From assembly GCA_964016885.1 (NCBI GenBank), contig OZ024742.1:58838001-58902000 (forward strand): DNA of 64,000 nt, in the 5' to 3' direction. The first letter of the stretch is position 1, and the number at the start of each line of letters is the position of its first letter. The notes beneath the pieces were generated by a model that saw only the letters and a program-made list of their open reading frames with translations, was not told where the DNA came from and did no database searches. Below are positions 13,522 to 27,796 of the stretch, piece by piece. Source of the stretch: Eledone cirrhosa (Eukaryota). The position numbers and the translations under genes are program-made.

Positions 13522-15249
13522 ATGGACACCATACATGAAAACACAACTGCCCCCCCCCCCCCGGAAAGTGATAAAGAGCAACAAGTAACTCAACCTACTG
13601 AAGCTTCCCTTCTCTCGCTTTCGCATGCGAGTATGGAAGCGGATTTAGCGAACAATTGTAAAAACTTGGGTAATAACCCAAACAATGGTAACAGTAAATT
13701 GAAAGAATGTATAAATTACACTGACACCAACAACACCAACACAAATAACAAAGAAAATAACACAAACACACACAAAAGCGAAAACAGCAGCAACAATGAC
13801 AAAGAAAACAACATAAATGTGAACTCAAAACCCCCCAAAATGGGTGAAAACCAAAAAAACTGTACCGCAAACAGCAACAACCAAAACGCAAACACCCAAG
13901 AAAACAAGAACAACAGCAACGAAACACAAAAAAGACCCCACTACACCAATATCCTTTGCTCAGGTCGTTAAGGAGACCGAAACTTTCACCCCAGTTGACA
14001 TCAGTAATGCAGCGGAATTGCTAAAAGAGGGGAGAAAACAGGTGAGCTTTGGTGAAAACGGTGAATTCACCATAATCTCCCCTAAGGATATTAAAAGAGA
14101 CACGGTCCTAAGGACAATTAATTTTAGAACTATATCAAATGCGTCGAAAAAACCAGCTCAATTATCGCATAGCGAAATTGAGCTGGTGTTAAAAGATGCG
14201 TTGAAGGACATGATTTTTATTGAGAGAGGGAAGTTATATGGGAGTCTGATAATGTTGATGAAGGACCAATTGGTGGCCCAAAAATACTCGGTGTCGCCAA
14301 TTGTGTCCAAACAGTACTCTTTCTTCTCCACCTATATGGGGACTAAAACTAAAAAAATAACAATCTCCGGTATACACCCACATACAAATATGTGGTGGAT
14401 ACTAGGAGGGATACTGGACGACGAAGATGAACTCCTTGATATAGGCAAAGCCACCAGATACCCCAAAGAGTTTCCCTGGAAGGCTCCCAATTTATGAACA
14501 TTGCAGTTGAGGGTAGGCGGCCCGCTTGCTACCTCTGTGGAGGCAGAGGTCACCTGAGGGCTGCTTGTCCTCAACAAACTAAAAAACCTTTACTGCCAAC
14601 ACCTCCAAAAATAACACTACCACCACCACCACAACAACAAAAAACACAACAAGTCAACAAAAAACTGAACACGGATCCACCCAACCCCTCCACACCCACA
14701 ACAACTCCACAAACAAAAACACAATCACCACCACCACCCCAAAAACAACAATCACAACAAGTGAACAAAAAACTGAACACGGTCCTACCCAACCCCTCCC
14801 CACCTAAAACAACTCCAACAACATACATAACAAATTCCCAAAATATACCCCTCCCCTCCAACATGGAAAAAGATCCCTTAACGTCAGAAGACGAGGGGGA
14901 ACCCTTCCAAACAATAAAGCGAAAAAAAAAAAGAAAACACACCGCACCCACACAAAGGAAAATAACCCCTCCCCAAAACAAAACACAAAAAAATACAGAA
15001 CAAAAACCAACAAAAATTACACAGACACAGCTATACACATACTTCAACACAAAGAATATAAAACTTGTAAACAAAATTGAACAAAACCCTTCGGTGCAAA
15101 CCGAAGGGCCAAATTTCACGAGGGACACAGAGAACCCCTCTTTAAAAATGATTAAAACTCCGATAGACATTTATATAGAACTAAAAGACAATTTTCCTGA
15201 GGACGTTCCCCCCCCCGCCCCCTGTGTAAAACCAATGAATCGAGTCCTG
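13522..15249 (+). pseudogene. Frameshifted ORF1 (gag-like, CCHC zinc knuckle) of copy C
   Basis: CYLCGGRGHLRAAC knuckle near 14527-14568, SFAQVVK motif, Pro/Gln-rich linker and KRKKKRKH basic patch; fused by a deletion to the endonuclease region at ~15250. Confidence 0.85.
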
Positions 15250-18200
15250 GAGGTGGGAGTGGGGTTGTCGTTCTGCTGCAAAAACATCTGGGTATCGCGG
15301 CACAGACGGTACACCTGGACCCGGAGGGTCGACTGGTGGTTTTAGACGTTGGCAGTGAAGGCGGAGCCTTTAGTCTGGTCGCCGCCTACGCCCCCTTTGG
15401 GTCAGCGCGGCCGGACTTCTTCCAACGTCTGGAGACTTTTCTGGGGACGTCCCGCTCCTTGCTTTTAGTGGGGGACTGGAATGGTATCCTAGATGCACGT
15501 TGGGACTATGTACGGGCATATCCCGATAGAAGGGGGTGTAACAGCTTCAAGGAGTTAATCGGCCGATTTGACCTGGCCGATAGATATCGACTAGATTTTC
15601 CGACTGCGCCAACCTGGACTTGGGCAAACCGCAGCAGATCATCTAGGTCGTACCTAGACAGGGTCCTAGTTAGAAATAAGGATAGGGACCTTTTAAGCTG
15701 TCCAGAGATGCTCATGGCTGGCTATTCGGATCACAAATTAGTGACCTGCATACTCAACCTTGATAGAACCCATAGACAGGAACCCGGTTACTGGAAGCTG
15801 AACTTGCCGGCAAGTAAAGTGTACAGGGACCGGATTAGTACTTTAGTTAAGGAGCGGTTGACGGGAGCGATCGTCCACAGCAGGTGGTGGGCATCTCTCA
15901 AAAGAGAGATTAGAGTAGTTTCAATAGGATTTAGTAAGGAGTTAGCCTCAGATAGAAATAGGAAGGAAGGGAGTTGGTAGATAGTGTAGAAGAGGCAATT
16001 AGAAGCGGCGACGTGGCCAGAGTGCTAGCGTCAAGAGCGGCCTTGGGCCAGTTCTTTGACGCGAAGCACGAAGGCTGCGTTGTCCGAAGCAAAATACGTG
16101 CTCTAGGAAACGAGAGCACCAAAGCTGTTAGCTGGGCCCACGTGACAGAAGCCAAAAGAGGGATTAGATCCACTATCCGGTCTTTACGAGACCAGGATGG
16201 ACGGCTGATCCTTGAACCTAAGCAGATGTGTGCCTTTCAAAGGCACTTTATCTGATTGTTCGGGAGGGGCGGGGGGGCCGGATGGGGATGTGGACTTCGG
16301 TCCATACCTCGACGGCCTGCCGCGTCTTCCGGACGAGGAGGCGAAGTCCTGCGAGGGGCCGATTTCAGCTGCTGAAATAGGGGACGTGCTGAGCCAATGC
16401 GGCAAACGCAAATCCCCGGGTCTCGATGGTCTTCCATACCAACTATATCTAGCTATGCCGGACTAGTTTCCCGATCTCCTCGAGGCGGTCTACTGCAACT
16501 GGCAACAGAACGGGAGAATTCCCTGTTCTGTGACGAAGGGCGTAGTCTCGAAGTGAGGAAGGACGAGAACAAGGGGGACGAAATAAGTAATTTCAGGCCC
16601 ATAACTCTGCTAAATGCAGTGTTAAAGATTTTGGCCAAGGTGTTGGCAAAGAGGTTGGCGCTTGTCGTGGGCAACCTGGTGGGAGATGCGCAGACATGTG
16701 CTATCCCGTCCAGGTCCATCTACGACAACCTCCACCTTATGCGATACATCATAGAGAGGGTTGGGAACGAACCCGGCTTTGGTGGGGCCCTGATCAACTT
16801 GGATCAATCTAAGGCGTTCGATAGGGTCGACCATGGTTACCTGGATGCGGTGCTAGCGGCGGCAGGTTTCGGACCCGTTTTCAGGGGCTGGATCACTGCC
16901 ATGCACAGCAGCTGCTCTAGAGTCAAGGTGAACGGCTACCTCTCGGAGCCGTTCGAAATCACGCGGTCCATCCGACAGGGGTGTGCTCTCTCCTCCATTC
17001 TGTATGTATTGGCCCTCGAGAAACTGTTGCGGAAGTTGGAGTTGTTGCAGGGCATCTCTTTGGAACCGGGATTGCGGAAAGCGGTGTCGGCCTACGCCGA
17101 TAACGTGACAGTAATGGTGTCGACGGCCTCGGAAATCGGGGCGATCGGCACCTTACTGGAGGAGTACGAAAGGTTTACAGAGGCTAAGCTGAACCGGGAC
17201 AAGTCGATCGGTTTGCAACTCGGCACGTGGAGGGGCAAACCGATACCCTCCGATTGCGTCGTCGGACGCTGGACGGCGGGCCCGGTGAAGTTAGGACCAG
17301 ACCTCCAGGTGGAGAAGAACTGGGGTGAGGTAACGAACAGGGTGTTTGCACTGACCCAGAAGTGGGCCGAGTGTAAACTATCCCTGAAAGGTTGGGCGGA
17401 GGTGGCGAACACTTATATAGCGTCCGTCATCTACTACCGCCTGACCATCATGCCTTGCCCAAGGGAAACGCTCACCAAAATGGAGCGCGCACTCCTCCAA
17501 TTCCTTTGGAAGAAGCGGGCTACTTTGGTGAGGAGATCCATCTGCTGTCAACACCCTTCGAAAGGAGGGCTGGGGGATGCCGTGGCTGCTGATGCGTCAA
17601 CCGGTGTGGGCCCCGTTTGTGAGACGAACCTTTCCGAGACTCGTCTCACTCACCGAGCTGCAATCCTGGGTCAAGCAAAGACCGAGAAAACTGGGCGCCT
17701 GGCACACCGAGTCTGCCCAGGCGCTCACGGCTCTCTGGCAGGCGGACCCGGCTATCAGTGGAGACTCCACCTCGACATTCTATAGAGGGCTGGTGCGCAG
17801 TAAGTGCAACGATGCCCTCGGAGAAGCCCTAGACATGGAGGAAGACGAACTGGCCATCCTGTTCGGTAGGACATTTAGCCCGGGACCTATGGACAACTTC
17901 CAGAGGTCCCTGGTCTGGCAGTGCTACCGACGGGCGCTGCCCGTTCGAGAAAAGCTCTACAAACACGGGCACCCGGATAGGGACTCCTCGAAAAAGATCT
18001 GTCCCAGATGCGTGCGCGACGAGGAAACCGTCGCGCATGCATTGGTACACTGCCCGGGCGTCGCCGATCTGTGGGGCTATGTCAAAACGACTGCTGTCAC
18101 GAGTGGAACCTATCCGGTTGACCACCCAGTCCATTATAACGATCAAGCCGCCTCCCCCCTTCAAAAATGAAGGAGAAGCGGTGTTTCTGTGCGTAATAGC

Positions 18201-18417
18201 CATGGTGAAAGACGTTGTATGGTGGACGCGTTTGAAAGGGCTGAGGTCGGGCACCTTTCTCTCCGGCCAACTACTGGTCCTTTTCTTCCGATATCATTTC
18301 GGAAGAAGGATCAGGATGGAGAGAGAGGTGCTCCACCCCAGCCAGTTTTATGAAAGGTGGGTGAAAGTGGCGAGAATGGCCCGTGTGAATGGGCCTTCTC
18401 TCTATATCAGCCTGTAG
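15250..18417 (+). pseudogene. Disrupted ORF2 of copy C (N-terminus deleted; YADN instead of YADD)
   Basis: Collinear with the intact ORF2 at 24096-27533, with multiple frameshifts and small deletions. Confidence 0.92.
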
Positions 18418-18646
18418 GTGAAAAGATGGAAGAACAAGGGAGCACCCTCTCTCTGTGCTCCTGAGAAGGGTTGCACACTTTTTCGGGGGTGTGTGCGACC
18501 CCCCAAATGCCTCCTCCCTATTGAGGACTTAATTGTTAATTTTATATTTGTTATTTGTTTTTTTTTATACTCGTTCTTTTCTTTAACCCCCCCCCCCCCC
18601 TGTATTTGTCCCCTTCTTTTGTGCCCTCGTGGCAATAAATAGAAAT

Positions 18647-18699
<53 letters not shown>

Positions 18700-18705
18700 G
18701 AAAGA

Positions 18706-18738
<33 letters not shown>

Positions 18739-19426
18739 GTCCACCTATGCACCCAACCATTTATCCATTCTCCACCCATCTATCTATTATTGTATCTGTC
18801 ATCCCTTCCTCTTACACACCCTGCTATTAAACTATTTCCTGTAGTCAAACATACAGCGAGAACTACTAATTCAATTCAATTTCTAAATTTCACTCACCGT
18901 CTTCTAAACACATGTGTTTTTCAAGATTTTTGATATGTTAAGGGGGCGTCATGCTACCCTAAAAAACACATGAACTAGTTGATGTTTCAGTTTATTATTA
19001 GTTGAGTAACTGTTAGTCAACAAAATAAAAATAATAATAAACATGATAATAAACAAATAAATAAATGTGGTGCAATAAAGAAATATATACGTATACACCA
19101 GGTCCAAACACAATGGAACCAAACTTCCACTGTCACTGCCTCCGTTTCTCCCGCTCTCCCCATCTCTCACTATCATGAACAAATGGGGGCCCACGCACTG
19201 ACCGCCCTGCGGCCCTGGCAGACAGAATAGAAAAGGCGTTTCACCGGAGGATGGTAAGGGAGACACGCTGGAAGAGCCATACCAGCTCGCGAGGCTCACA
19301 CATGCTGGTAGCCAACTCTGTGCCGATGGTGGCAAATAAAGCAATCCACTCATCGGTTAGTTTAATAACCAGGTGGTTGTTTAATTGTTAATAGTCAACG
19401 CTTTTTCGTCGCACATCCTGGATGTA

Positions 19427-19492
<66 letters not shown>

Positions 19493-19534
19493 AGAAAAGA
19501 AGAGAATCAGTGTTGCGACGAATGGAATTTATTG

Positions 19535-19630
19535 GACATATTACAATCGTTTCTCTGGCGACCAGATCCAGGCACGATCGATGTGATGATCGAACCTGAC
19601 TCTGAAAATCGCAAGGTCCTCAGATACGTC
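19535..19630 (-). ncRNA. Type I hammerhead ribozyme (left arm)
   Basis: Reverse complement of 19668-19763. Confidence 0.8.
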
Positions 19631-19667
19631 TTGATTCTACGAAGGAAAATCTGCTTCGTAGAATCAA

Positions 19668-19763
19668 GACGTATCTGAGGACCTTGCGATTTTCAGAGTC
19701 AGGTTCGATCATCACATCGATCGTGCCTGGATCTGGTCGCCAGAGAAACGATTGTAATATGTC
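19668..19763 (+). ncRNA. Type I hammerhead ribozyme; predicted cleavage after GUA (19756)
   Basis: Stem I GACGTAT/ATATGTC; CTGAGGA 19675-19681; long imperfect stem II (GCGAT/GTCGC, CAGG/CCTG, CGAT/ATCG); GAAAC 19745; near-palindromic stem III ACGATTGT; AATAAA immediately downstream. Confidence 0.82.
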
Positions 19764-20560
19764 CAATAAATTCCATTCGTCGCAACACTGATTCTCTTCT
19801 TTTCTGTGATACCATACTCTGTTCTATGAGAGTATCGAGTGTTCATACGGCCTACCGCATACGGACGCTTTAAGCATCCAATACCAATTATATATATATA
19901 TATATATAAACACTTGTCCAACAGGCCATGCAATGCGATCGAACCCAGAATCTCATGATTGCAAGGAGAATTTCTTAACTTTTTGGCTATGCCCGTATCC
20001 ATATGTATTGAAGACAAAAGAAATGTAACGAAATGGAATCCCAGTGAGAAACAGACTTTGGTAATTTTAGCTACGGATTATCGAAGCATGATGAATTCTT
20101 TTCTGGAATGGTTACAACATCGGAAGACAGACGGATAAGATAAAGGAGGTGCTTTCATCAGACATATTTACAGTTGATTAAACATGAGCACACACACCCA
20201 CTATACACCCACACCAACTACTCACACACACAAAAATATATATACACGCATACACATGATTAATGAGCAACAGCTGTGAGTTCAGTAATATTTCCACACA
20301 CATGTATATTATATATGTAAAGGCGCATTGCTTAAAAGTTAGAGTTGAGCTTACAATCGTGAGGTTATGAGTTCGATTCATGGGTTGGGCTGTGCATTAT
20401 GTCCTTGAGCAAGGCACTTTATTTCGCATAGCTTCTGTTCACTCAGCTGTAGAAATGAGCGAGACGGGTATGCATGGGCGACTGCTGCTTTTTACAAACA
20501 ACTTTGCTGGACTTGTGCATCGGAGAGGTCTTTATCCTATTACACACACACACACACATG

Positions 20561-20674
<114 letters not shown>

Positions 20675-20886
20675 CATACATATAGAGAGAGAATCAAAGA
20701 TTATATTTATATATATATGTACATACAAATACGTACATATATATGTATATACTAAGGATGTGTATAACTTATGAGTGCTCTTTTGGTAGCGCATATATCC
20801 CCTTCAGGGTAACTAGAGAAGACATTGTTGCTAATAGAATTATATCAGGACCCGTCTTGTTAGGCGTCACAACCGCTCCTATTACT

Positions 20887-20939
<53 letters not shown>

Positions 20940-21078
20940 GGGCCAGACAAATAGGATTAGTCCAATAATACACAGACACACACACATATATATGTAAAAG
21001 GTAAATAGAAATAACAACACAAACGGTACAGTATATGGAAGGAATATATTAGTTTAACGCTTGAAATAGCAGGAAGAG

Positions 21079-21116
<38 letters not shown>

Positions 21117-21142
21117 TGGTTACATAACAGTTAGTTCACCAT

Positions 21143-21186
21143 ACCGAGAACAATTGTTTCAACTTAGCGGATCCTCAGCTCGTAAT
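21143..21186 (-). ncRNA. Degenerate minimal hammerhead candidate
   Basis: Minus strand CGAG-CTGAGGA-tccgctaagtt-GAAACAATTGTT-CTCG: stem I, core and palindromic stem III present, stem II does not pair. Confidence 0.45.
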
Positions 21187-21632
21187 GGACATGCTTATAC
21201 CACTTCTACCTAACTCGTCCCCATGGACTGAGTGCTCTACCACTACGGATATTACCTTTCAGTGTTCTACCTCTCTCGGTTTGATTTGAATGTAAGGATT
21301 GTAACTATCTACCACAAAACATTTTGTCTGACGCTCTTCCATTCCACCACCAAAACCACGACGACGACGACGACGACGACCACCACCACCACCACCACCA
21401 CTACTACTACCCACGACATTATCACAAAGACAATGACGACCACCATCATCATCACCAGCAGCATCAGCATCAGCAACAACAAACACTAATTATCATAACT
21501 ATGTTTACGTGAAAGTAGTAAATTTTTTTTCTTTTTTCTTTTAAATAAAAAGCAAACATGTTTGTAACTCGTTCTTCATTTTAGTAAATAATAATTCCAA
21601 CATTCCTGGCGAAAGAATCTCGTCACAACAAG

Positions 21633-21688
<56 letters not shown>

Positions 21689-22786
21689 CAACAGAATTTT
21701 CTCAAAATTAATTAAAACATTTTATTCTATTTCATCATATCTTATTTTAGATTTTGTTCTTTATATTTATATATAATTTATATTTAATTTTTGTTCGCTG
21801 TACTTAACAACATTCTAGTATGCTTATTATCGTAATATACATTTATAAAAATGGGAGAGGAGTAAAAAGACATTCTTTATCTTTATTATGTTTAGTAAGC
21901 AAATATTTTAAACTTGATGACTGAAGAAATATGTAAGGAAGATACTAAGACAGGAAAAAGGATTAACATTTTAAGTTTTATATGAAAAGTAAACAGTGAG
22001 CTGGTTTAAAACTATCCTCTCTATAGCAATCATGGACGCTTGTTCTATAGCGTGTGTATGTATATGACCCAGTTTCGTATCCGAGGTTTTACGATCGTTC
22101 GACCAACACCATAGTAATTAGGTCCTGTGCCTTTACTTTTAGAAGAGTGGTCTTCACTTATGACACCCAAACACCAGATGATGATGTCAGATCAGGCAAT
22201 GTATTAAGTATGAAACCGGTGACGGTTTAAGTCTTAACCAGCTATCGCAGTTTTGCCTGGTCATTAGTTAGAGGTTGTATGTATATATGGATCCGTAACG
22301 CCAGGTAGAGTTAGTTGTAAGGGTGTCGCAGTGACATACAGCATTCCTTGAGCATTTGAAACCTGGTGGAGTCCATCCTCTTTCTGGGTCTGAACACAGT
22401 AGAGTCCTTCCAGAGAAGGATAGAGAGTGAGAGAAAGGAGGTGAGAAAGAGATATAGAGGAAGAATTGGCCCCAGGACTAGATTGGTACATAATTTATTA
22501 ACCTCGAAAGGATGAGAGACAATGTTGATCTCTGTGCGATTTGCAGAGAGCCAAAATAAATACCACAAAGAACTTTGTCCAACATTTTAATGTTGGCCGC
22601 CAGAGTTATAGATTAACAACTAATCTTGAATTATAAATGCTCTACTACTATAACTATTCGCTCCTAAAGAACGAAGTGTAAAAGAGGGCATTGAGACTAA
22701 CTTATTTTACCAATGAAAATAGTGAACTAGTACACTATAATCTCATATATATATATATATATATATATAAGAGAGAGAGAGAGAGA

Positions 22787-23012
<226 letters not shown>

Positions 23013-23840
23013 ATAGAATTATCGCCGACAATACTGCAACCGTTGTAATATTCTTTCTCTCAGGCGACAAATTGTCAGAGTCGTTAGGACGTCGAAGCTT
23101 TCCGACATTCGTTCCGGTTCTCTGAGCACTGCGTTCAAATTCCGCTGAGGTCTATTTTGTCTTTCATCCTTTGGAGGTCAGTAAAAAAAAATACACGTTC
23201 AGAACTAGGGTCAATTCTTGCTCTATATCTTTTTTTCACTTCTCCATCTCTATAAGAATGCAGTATGGATAGGCTCCGTCAAGTTTAAAATGCCCAAGAC
23301 ATGCTGTATTTCACTAAGGTACTGCTACGACTTGATCAGGTATTACGAGTCCATGCATGCTTTCTTTCTCTTCGAAGAAGTAAAACGTTCCGAGACGTTA
23401 ATTTGTTGCGGCAATTTGATAGCGGGAAACAAATGAAACAGCTCTCTAAATATACATAAAAGATGAAGTTACAGTGATCTGTGAACTACACATCGTACCA
23501 CTTGACAGCTATGTGGCTAGCGTAAATACGAGTGAAAAGTCAACACTTGAGTCAGAGGGTATTGTTGATAGGGGTATCAAATCATTTTCCCCTGTCGACT
23601 GCAATTAGCTTTCAAGTGTATCTAATACAGTTATCGTGTGATCGTCTGCTTTGAAACTAAAAGTAGAAGAGTGAAAACGTGGAAAACGTTTCGTCGGTAG
23701 GAATTCCTTGTATTTTTATTTTCCGCAGTCATAGAGAGTTAGTATACAGTATGTTCAAAAGTTACTTTTTCTGCACAAACGAGAAAGGTGCACTCAATAC
23801 AGAATTTCCTTTTTCACTTTTCAAGTTTCACGCCTTAGTG

Positions 23841-23887
23841 ATCTGCCGACGAAATGATAGCAGTGTCGTGAAACTAGAGTAGCGGGT
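23841..23887 (+). ncRNA. Degenerate hammerhead candidate
   Basis: ATCTGC/GCGGGT stem I, ATGATA/TGTCGT stem II, GAAAC-TAGA-GTA; the core reads CCGACGA rather than CTGANGA. Confidence 0.4.
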
Positions 23888-23964
23888 AAAAAAATTCCAG
23901 CTTAAATAGCATATCTATCTATCTATCTATCCATCCATCCATCCATCCATCTGTCTGTTTGTCT

Positions 23965-26900
23965 AACACACCGATGCCCCTTCACTTCCACAAACCACCA
24001 CCCCACCCAACAACCCATCCCCAACCAGCATGGAAATTGAGCGGCCCGTTTCCCGGGACGCAGAGAGGTAAGTGCCTTTTCTCTTTACCACCAACATGGC
24101 TGTGCTAAGAGTAGGGTGTCTAAATGCGCGTGGCCTGGGCTCGTCTTGGAAGCAAGCAATGCTTCTAAATGACCTCAGGTCACAATCTATAAATGTGATG
24201 GTTATCTGCGAGGCCCGGATCAGCAGCATGCGACAGCTAGCCCCCACCTTTGACGACTTTGAGATGCACGCATCTCTCTGTCAGCCCGGAGGTGGGGGTG
24301 GGGTTGTCGTTCTGCTGCAAAAACATATGGGCCTTGCAACACAGATAGTTCACTTGGACCCAGGGGGTCGACTGGTGGTGCTGGACCTTGGCAGTGGTGA
24401 AGGTAGAGCCCTTAGGCTGATAGCCGCATATGCCCCTTTTGGGACAGAGCGGCCCGACTTTTTCCAGCGTCTGGAGTCTTTTCTAGGGACGTCCCGTTCC
24501 CTGCTTTTAGTGGGGGATTGGAATGGTATCCTGGATGCACGTTGGGACTATGCAGGGGCATGTCCCGATAGAGAGGGGTGCAACAGCCTCAAGGGGTTAC
24601 TCGGCCGATTTGACCTGGCCGATAGATTTCGACTAGATTTTCCGACGGTGCCAACCTGGTCTTGGTCAAATCGCAGCGGATCATCTAGATCGTACCTAGA
24701 TAGATTTTTAGTTAGAAATAAGGACAGGGACTTTTTAAGTTGTCCAGAAATGCTCATGGTTGGCTATTCAGACCACAAGTTGGTGACCTGCATGGTCAAC
24801 CTTGATAGAACGCATAGACAGGGCCCCGGTTACTGGAAGCTCAACTTGTCCTTGCCGGCAAGTAGAGCCTACAGGAATCGGATTAGTACGTTAGTTAAGG
24901 AACGGTTGACTGGAGCGATCGTCAACAGCAGGTGGTGGGTATCTCTAAAGAGAGAGATTAGAGTAGTCTCGATTGAATTTAGTAAGGTTCTAGCTGCGGA
25001 TAGGAATAGGAAGGAAAGGGAGCTAATAGATAGAGTAGAAGAGGCAATTAGAAGCGGCGACGTGGCCAGAGTGCTAGCGTCGAGAACGGCTTTGAGCCAG
25101 TTTTTCGACGCGAAGCACGAAGGATGCGTTGTCCGAAGTAAAATACGTGCTCTAGGGAACGAGGGGGCCAAAGCTGTTAGCTGGGCCCGCGTGACAGAGG
25201 CCAACAGTGGAACTAAATCCACCATCCGGTCTTTGCGAGACCTGGATGGACGGGCGATTCTTGAGCCTAAGCAGATGTGTGAGGCCTTTCAAAGGCACTT
25301 TGCCCGACTGTTCGGGAGGGGCGGGGAGCCGGTTGGAAACGTGGACTTCGGTCCATACCTCGACGGCCTGCCGCGCCTCTCGGACAGGGAGGCGAAGTCC
25401 TGCGAGGAGCCGATTTCGGCCGCTGAGATAGAGGACGTGCTGAGCCAATGCGGCAAACGCAAATCCCCGGGTCTCGATGGTCTTCCTTACGAATTATATC
25501 TAGCTATGCCGGACTTGTTCCCCGATCTCCTCGAGGCGGTCTACTGCAACTGGCAACAGAACGGGAGAATTCCCTGTACTGTGACCAAGGGCGTAGTCAC
25601 GCTAGTGAGGAAGGACGAGAACAAGGGGGACGAAATAAGTAACTTCAGGCCCATAACTCTGCTAAATACAGAGTTACAGATTTTGGCCAAGGTGCTAGCA
25701 AAGAGGTTGGCGCTTGTCGTGGGCAACCTGGTGGGAGATGCGCAGACATGCGCTATCCCGTCCAGGTCCATCCATGACAACCTCCACCTCATGCGATACA
25801 TCATAGAGAGGGTTGGGAACGAACCCGGCTTTGGTGGGGCTCTGATCAACTTGGATCAATCTAAGGCGTTCGATAGGGTCGACCATGGTTACCTGGCTGC
25901 GGTGCTAGCGGCGGCAGGCTTCGGACCCGTTTTCAGGGGCTGGATCACTGCTATGCACAGCAGCCGCATCTGCTCTAGGGTCAAGGTGAACGGCTACCTC
26001 TCGGAGCCGTTCAAAATCGCGCGGTCCATCCGACAAGGGTGCCCTCTCTCCTCCCTTCTGTATGTGTTGACTCTCGAGCCACTACTGCGGAAGTTGGAGT
26101 TGTTGCAGGGCATCCCTTTGGAACCGGGATTGCGGAAAGCGGTGTCAGCCTACGCCGATGATGTGACAGTAATGGTGTCGACGGCCTCCGAAATCGAGGC
26201 GGTCGGCACCTTACTGGAGGAGTACGAAAAGTTCACAGGGGCTAAGCTGAACCGGGACAAGTCGATCGGTTTGCAACTCGGCACGTGGAGGGGCAGACCG
26301 ATGCCCTCCGATGGCGTCGTCGGACGCTGGACGGAGGGCCCGGTGAAGTTGCTCGGGGTCTGGTTCGGACCGGACCTCCAGGTGGAGAAAAACTGGGCGG
26401 AGGTTACGAACAGGGTGTTTGCACTGACCCAGAAGTGGGCCAGTTGCAAACTATCCCTGAAAGGTCGGGCGGAGGTGGCGAACACTTATATAGCGTCCGT
26501 CATCTACTACCGCCTGACCGTAGTGCCCTGCCCAAGGGAAACCCTCACCAAGATGGAGCGCGCGCTCTTCCAATTCCTTTGGAAGGGGCGGGTTCCTATG
26601 GTGAGGAGATCCATCTGCTGTCAACACCCTTCGAAAGGAGGGCTGGGGATGCCGTGGCTAATGATGCGTAAACACGCATTAAGGCTACGGCACCTCTACG
26701 TATTCCTCACCGGACAACCGGTGTGGGCCTCGTTTGTGAGACGAACCTTTCCCAGACTCGTCTCACTCACCGAGCTGCAATCCTGGGTCAAGCAAAGACC
26801 GAGAAAACTGGGCGCCTGGCACACTGAGTGTGCCCAGGCGCTCACCGCCCTCTGGCAGGCGGATCCGGTTATCAGTGGAGACTCCACCGCAACATTCTAT

Positions 26901-27796
26901 AGAGGGCTGGTACGCAGCAGGTGCGACGACGCCCTCGGAGAAGCCCTAGACATGGAGGAGGACGAACTGGCCGGCCTGTTCGGTAGGACATTCAGCCCGG
27001 GACCTATGGACAACTTCCAGAAGTCCCTGGCCTGGCAGTGCTACCGAGGGGCTTTACCCGTTCGAGAAAGGCTCTACAGACACGGGCGCCCGGGTAGGGA
27101 CCCCGCCAAAAAGATCTGTCCCAGATGCGTATGCGACGAGGAAACCGTTGCACACGCATTGGTACACTGCTCGGGCGTAGCCGATCTGTGGGGCTATGTC
27201 GAACAACTGCTGTCAAGGGTGGGACCGATCCGGTTGACCACCGAGTCTATTGTAATGATCAAGCCGCCTCCCCCCTTCAAAGATGAAGCAGAGGCGGTGT
27301 TTCTGTGCGTAATAGCCATGGCGAAAGAGGTTGTATGGTGGACGCGTCTGAAAGGACTGAGGTCAGGCACCTTTCTCTCTGGCCAACAACTGGTCCGTTT
27401 CTTCCGATATCATTTCGGAAGAAGGATCAGGATGGAGAGAGAGGTGCTGCACCCCAGTCGTTTTTATGAAAGGTGGGTGAAAGTGGCGAGAATGGCCCGT
27501 GTGAATGGGCCTTCTCTTTACATAAGCCTGTAGGTGGAAAAGAGGAAGGAACGAGGGAGCACCCCCTCTCTGTGCTCCTGAGGAAAAGGATTGCACACTT
27601 TTTTCGGGGGTGTGTGCGACCCCCCAAGGCGCCTCCTCTCTATTGAGGATTTTGTTAAAAATTTTATTTTTTGTTATATCTTATTTTATTTTTATATTTT
27701 GTTATTGCCTCCTCCTTATTGAGGACGCCTTTTTGTGTAAACTCCCCCCTTTGTACTTGTCCCACTTTTGATGCCCTAGTGGCAAATAAAAGAAAC

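Larger units (their letters stand above)
13327..18734 (+). mobile_element. Tx1-like copy C, apparently full-length but decayed, (TATC)n tail
   Basis: Starts right after the tail of copy B; ~195-bp T-rich 5' UTR, ORF1, ORF2, AATAAA and TATC run from 18648. Confidence 0.93.
19487..19890. mobile_element. Tail-out inverted repeat of an HHR-bearing element between (TA)n tracts
   Basis: 158-bp arms 19487-19644 / 19654-19811 that appear identical, 9-bp spacer; the plus arm continues to ~19890. Confidence 0.88.

Noticed and set aside
15240-15260. ORF1-ORF2 fusion in Tx1 copy C as a spliced or programmed product
   Set aside because: Breakpoints do not match the splice-like sites and the join is out of frame; best read as an ordinary deletion.
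20060-20170. CTGATGA on minus strand with AAGCA/TGCTT stem
   Set aside because: No GAAA after the stem and no stem I partner.
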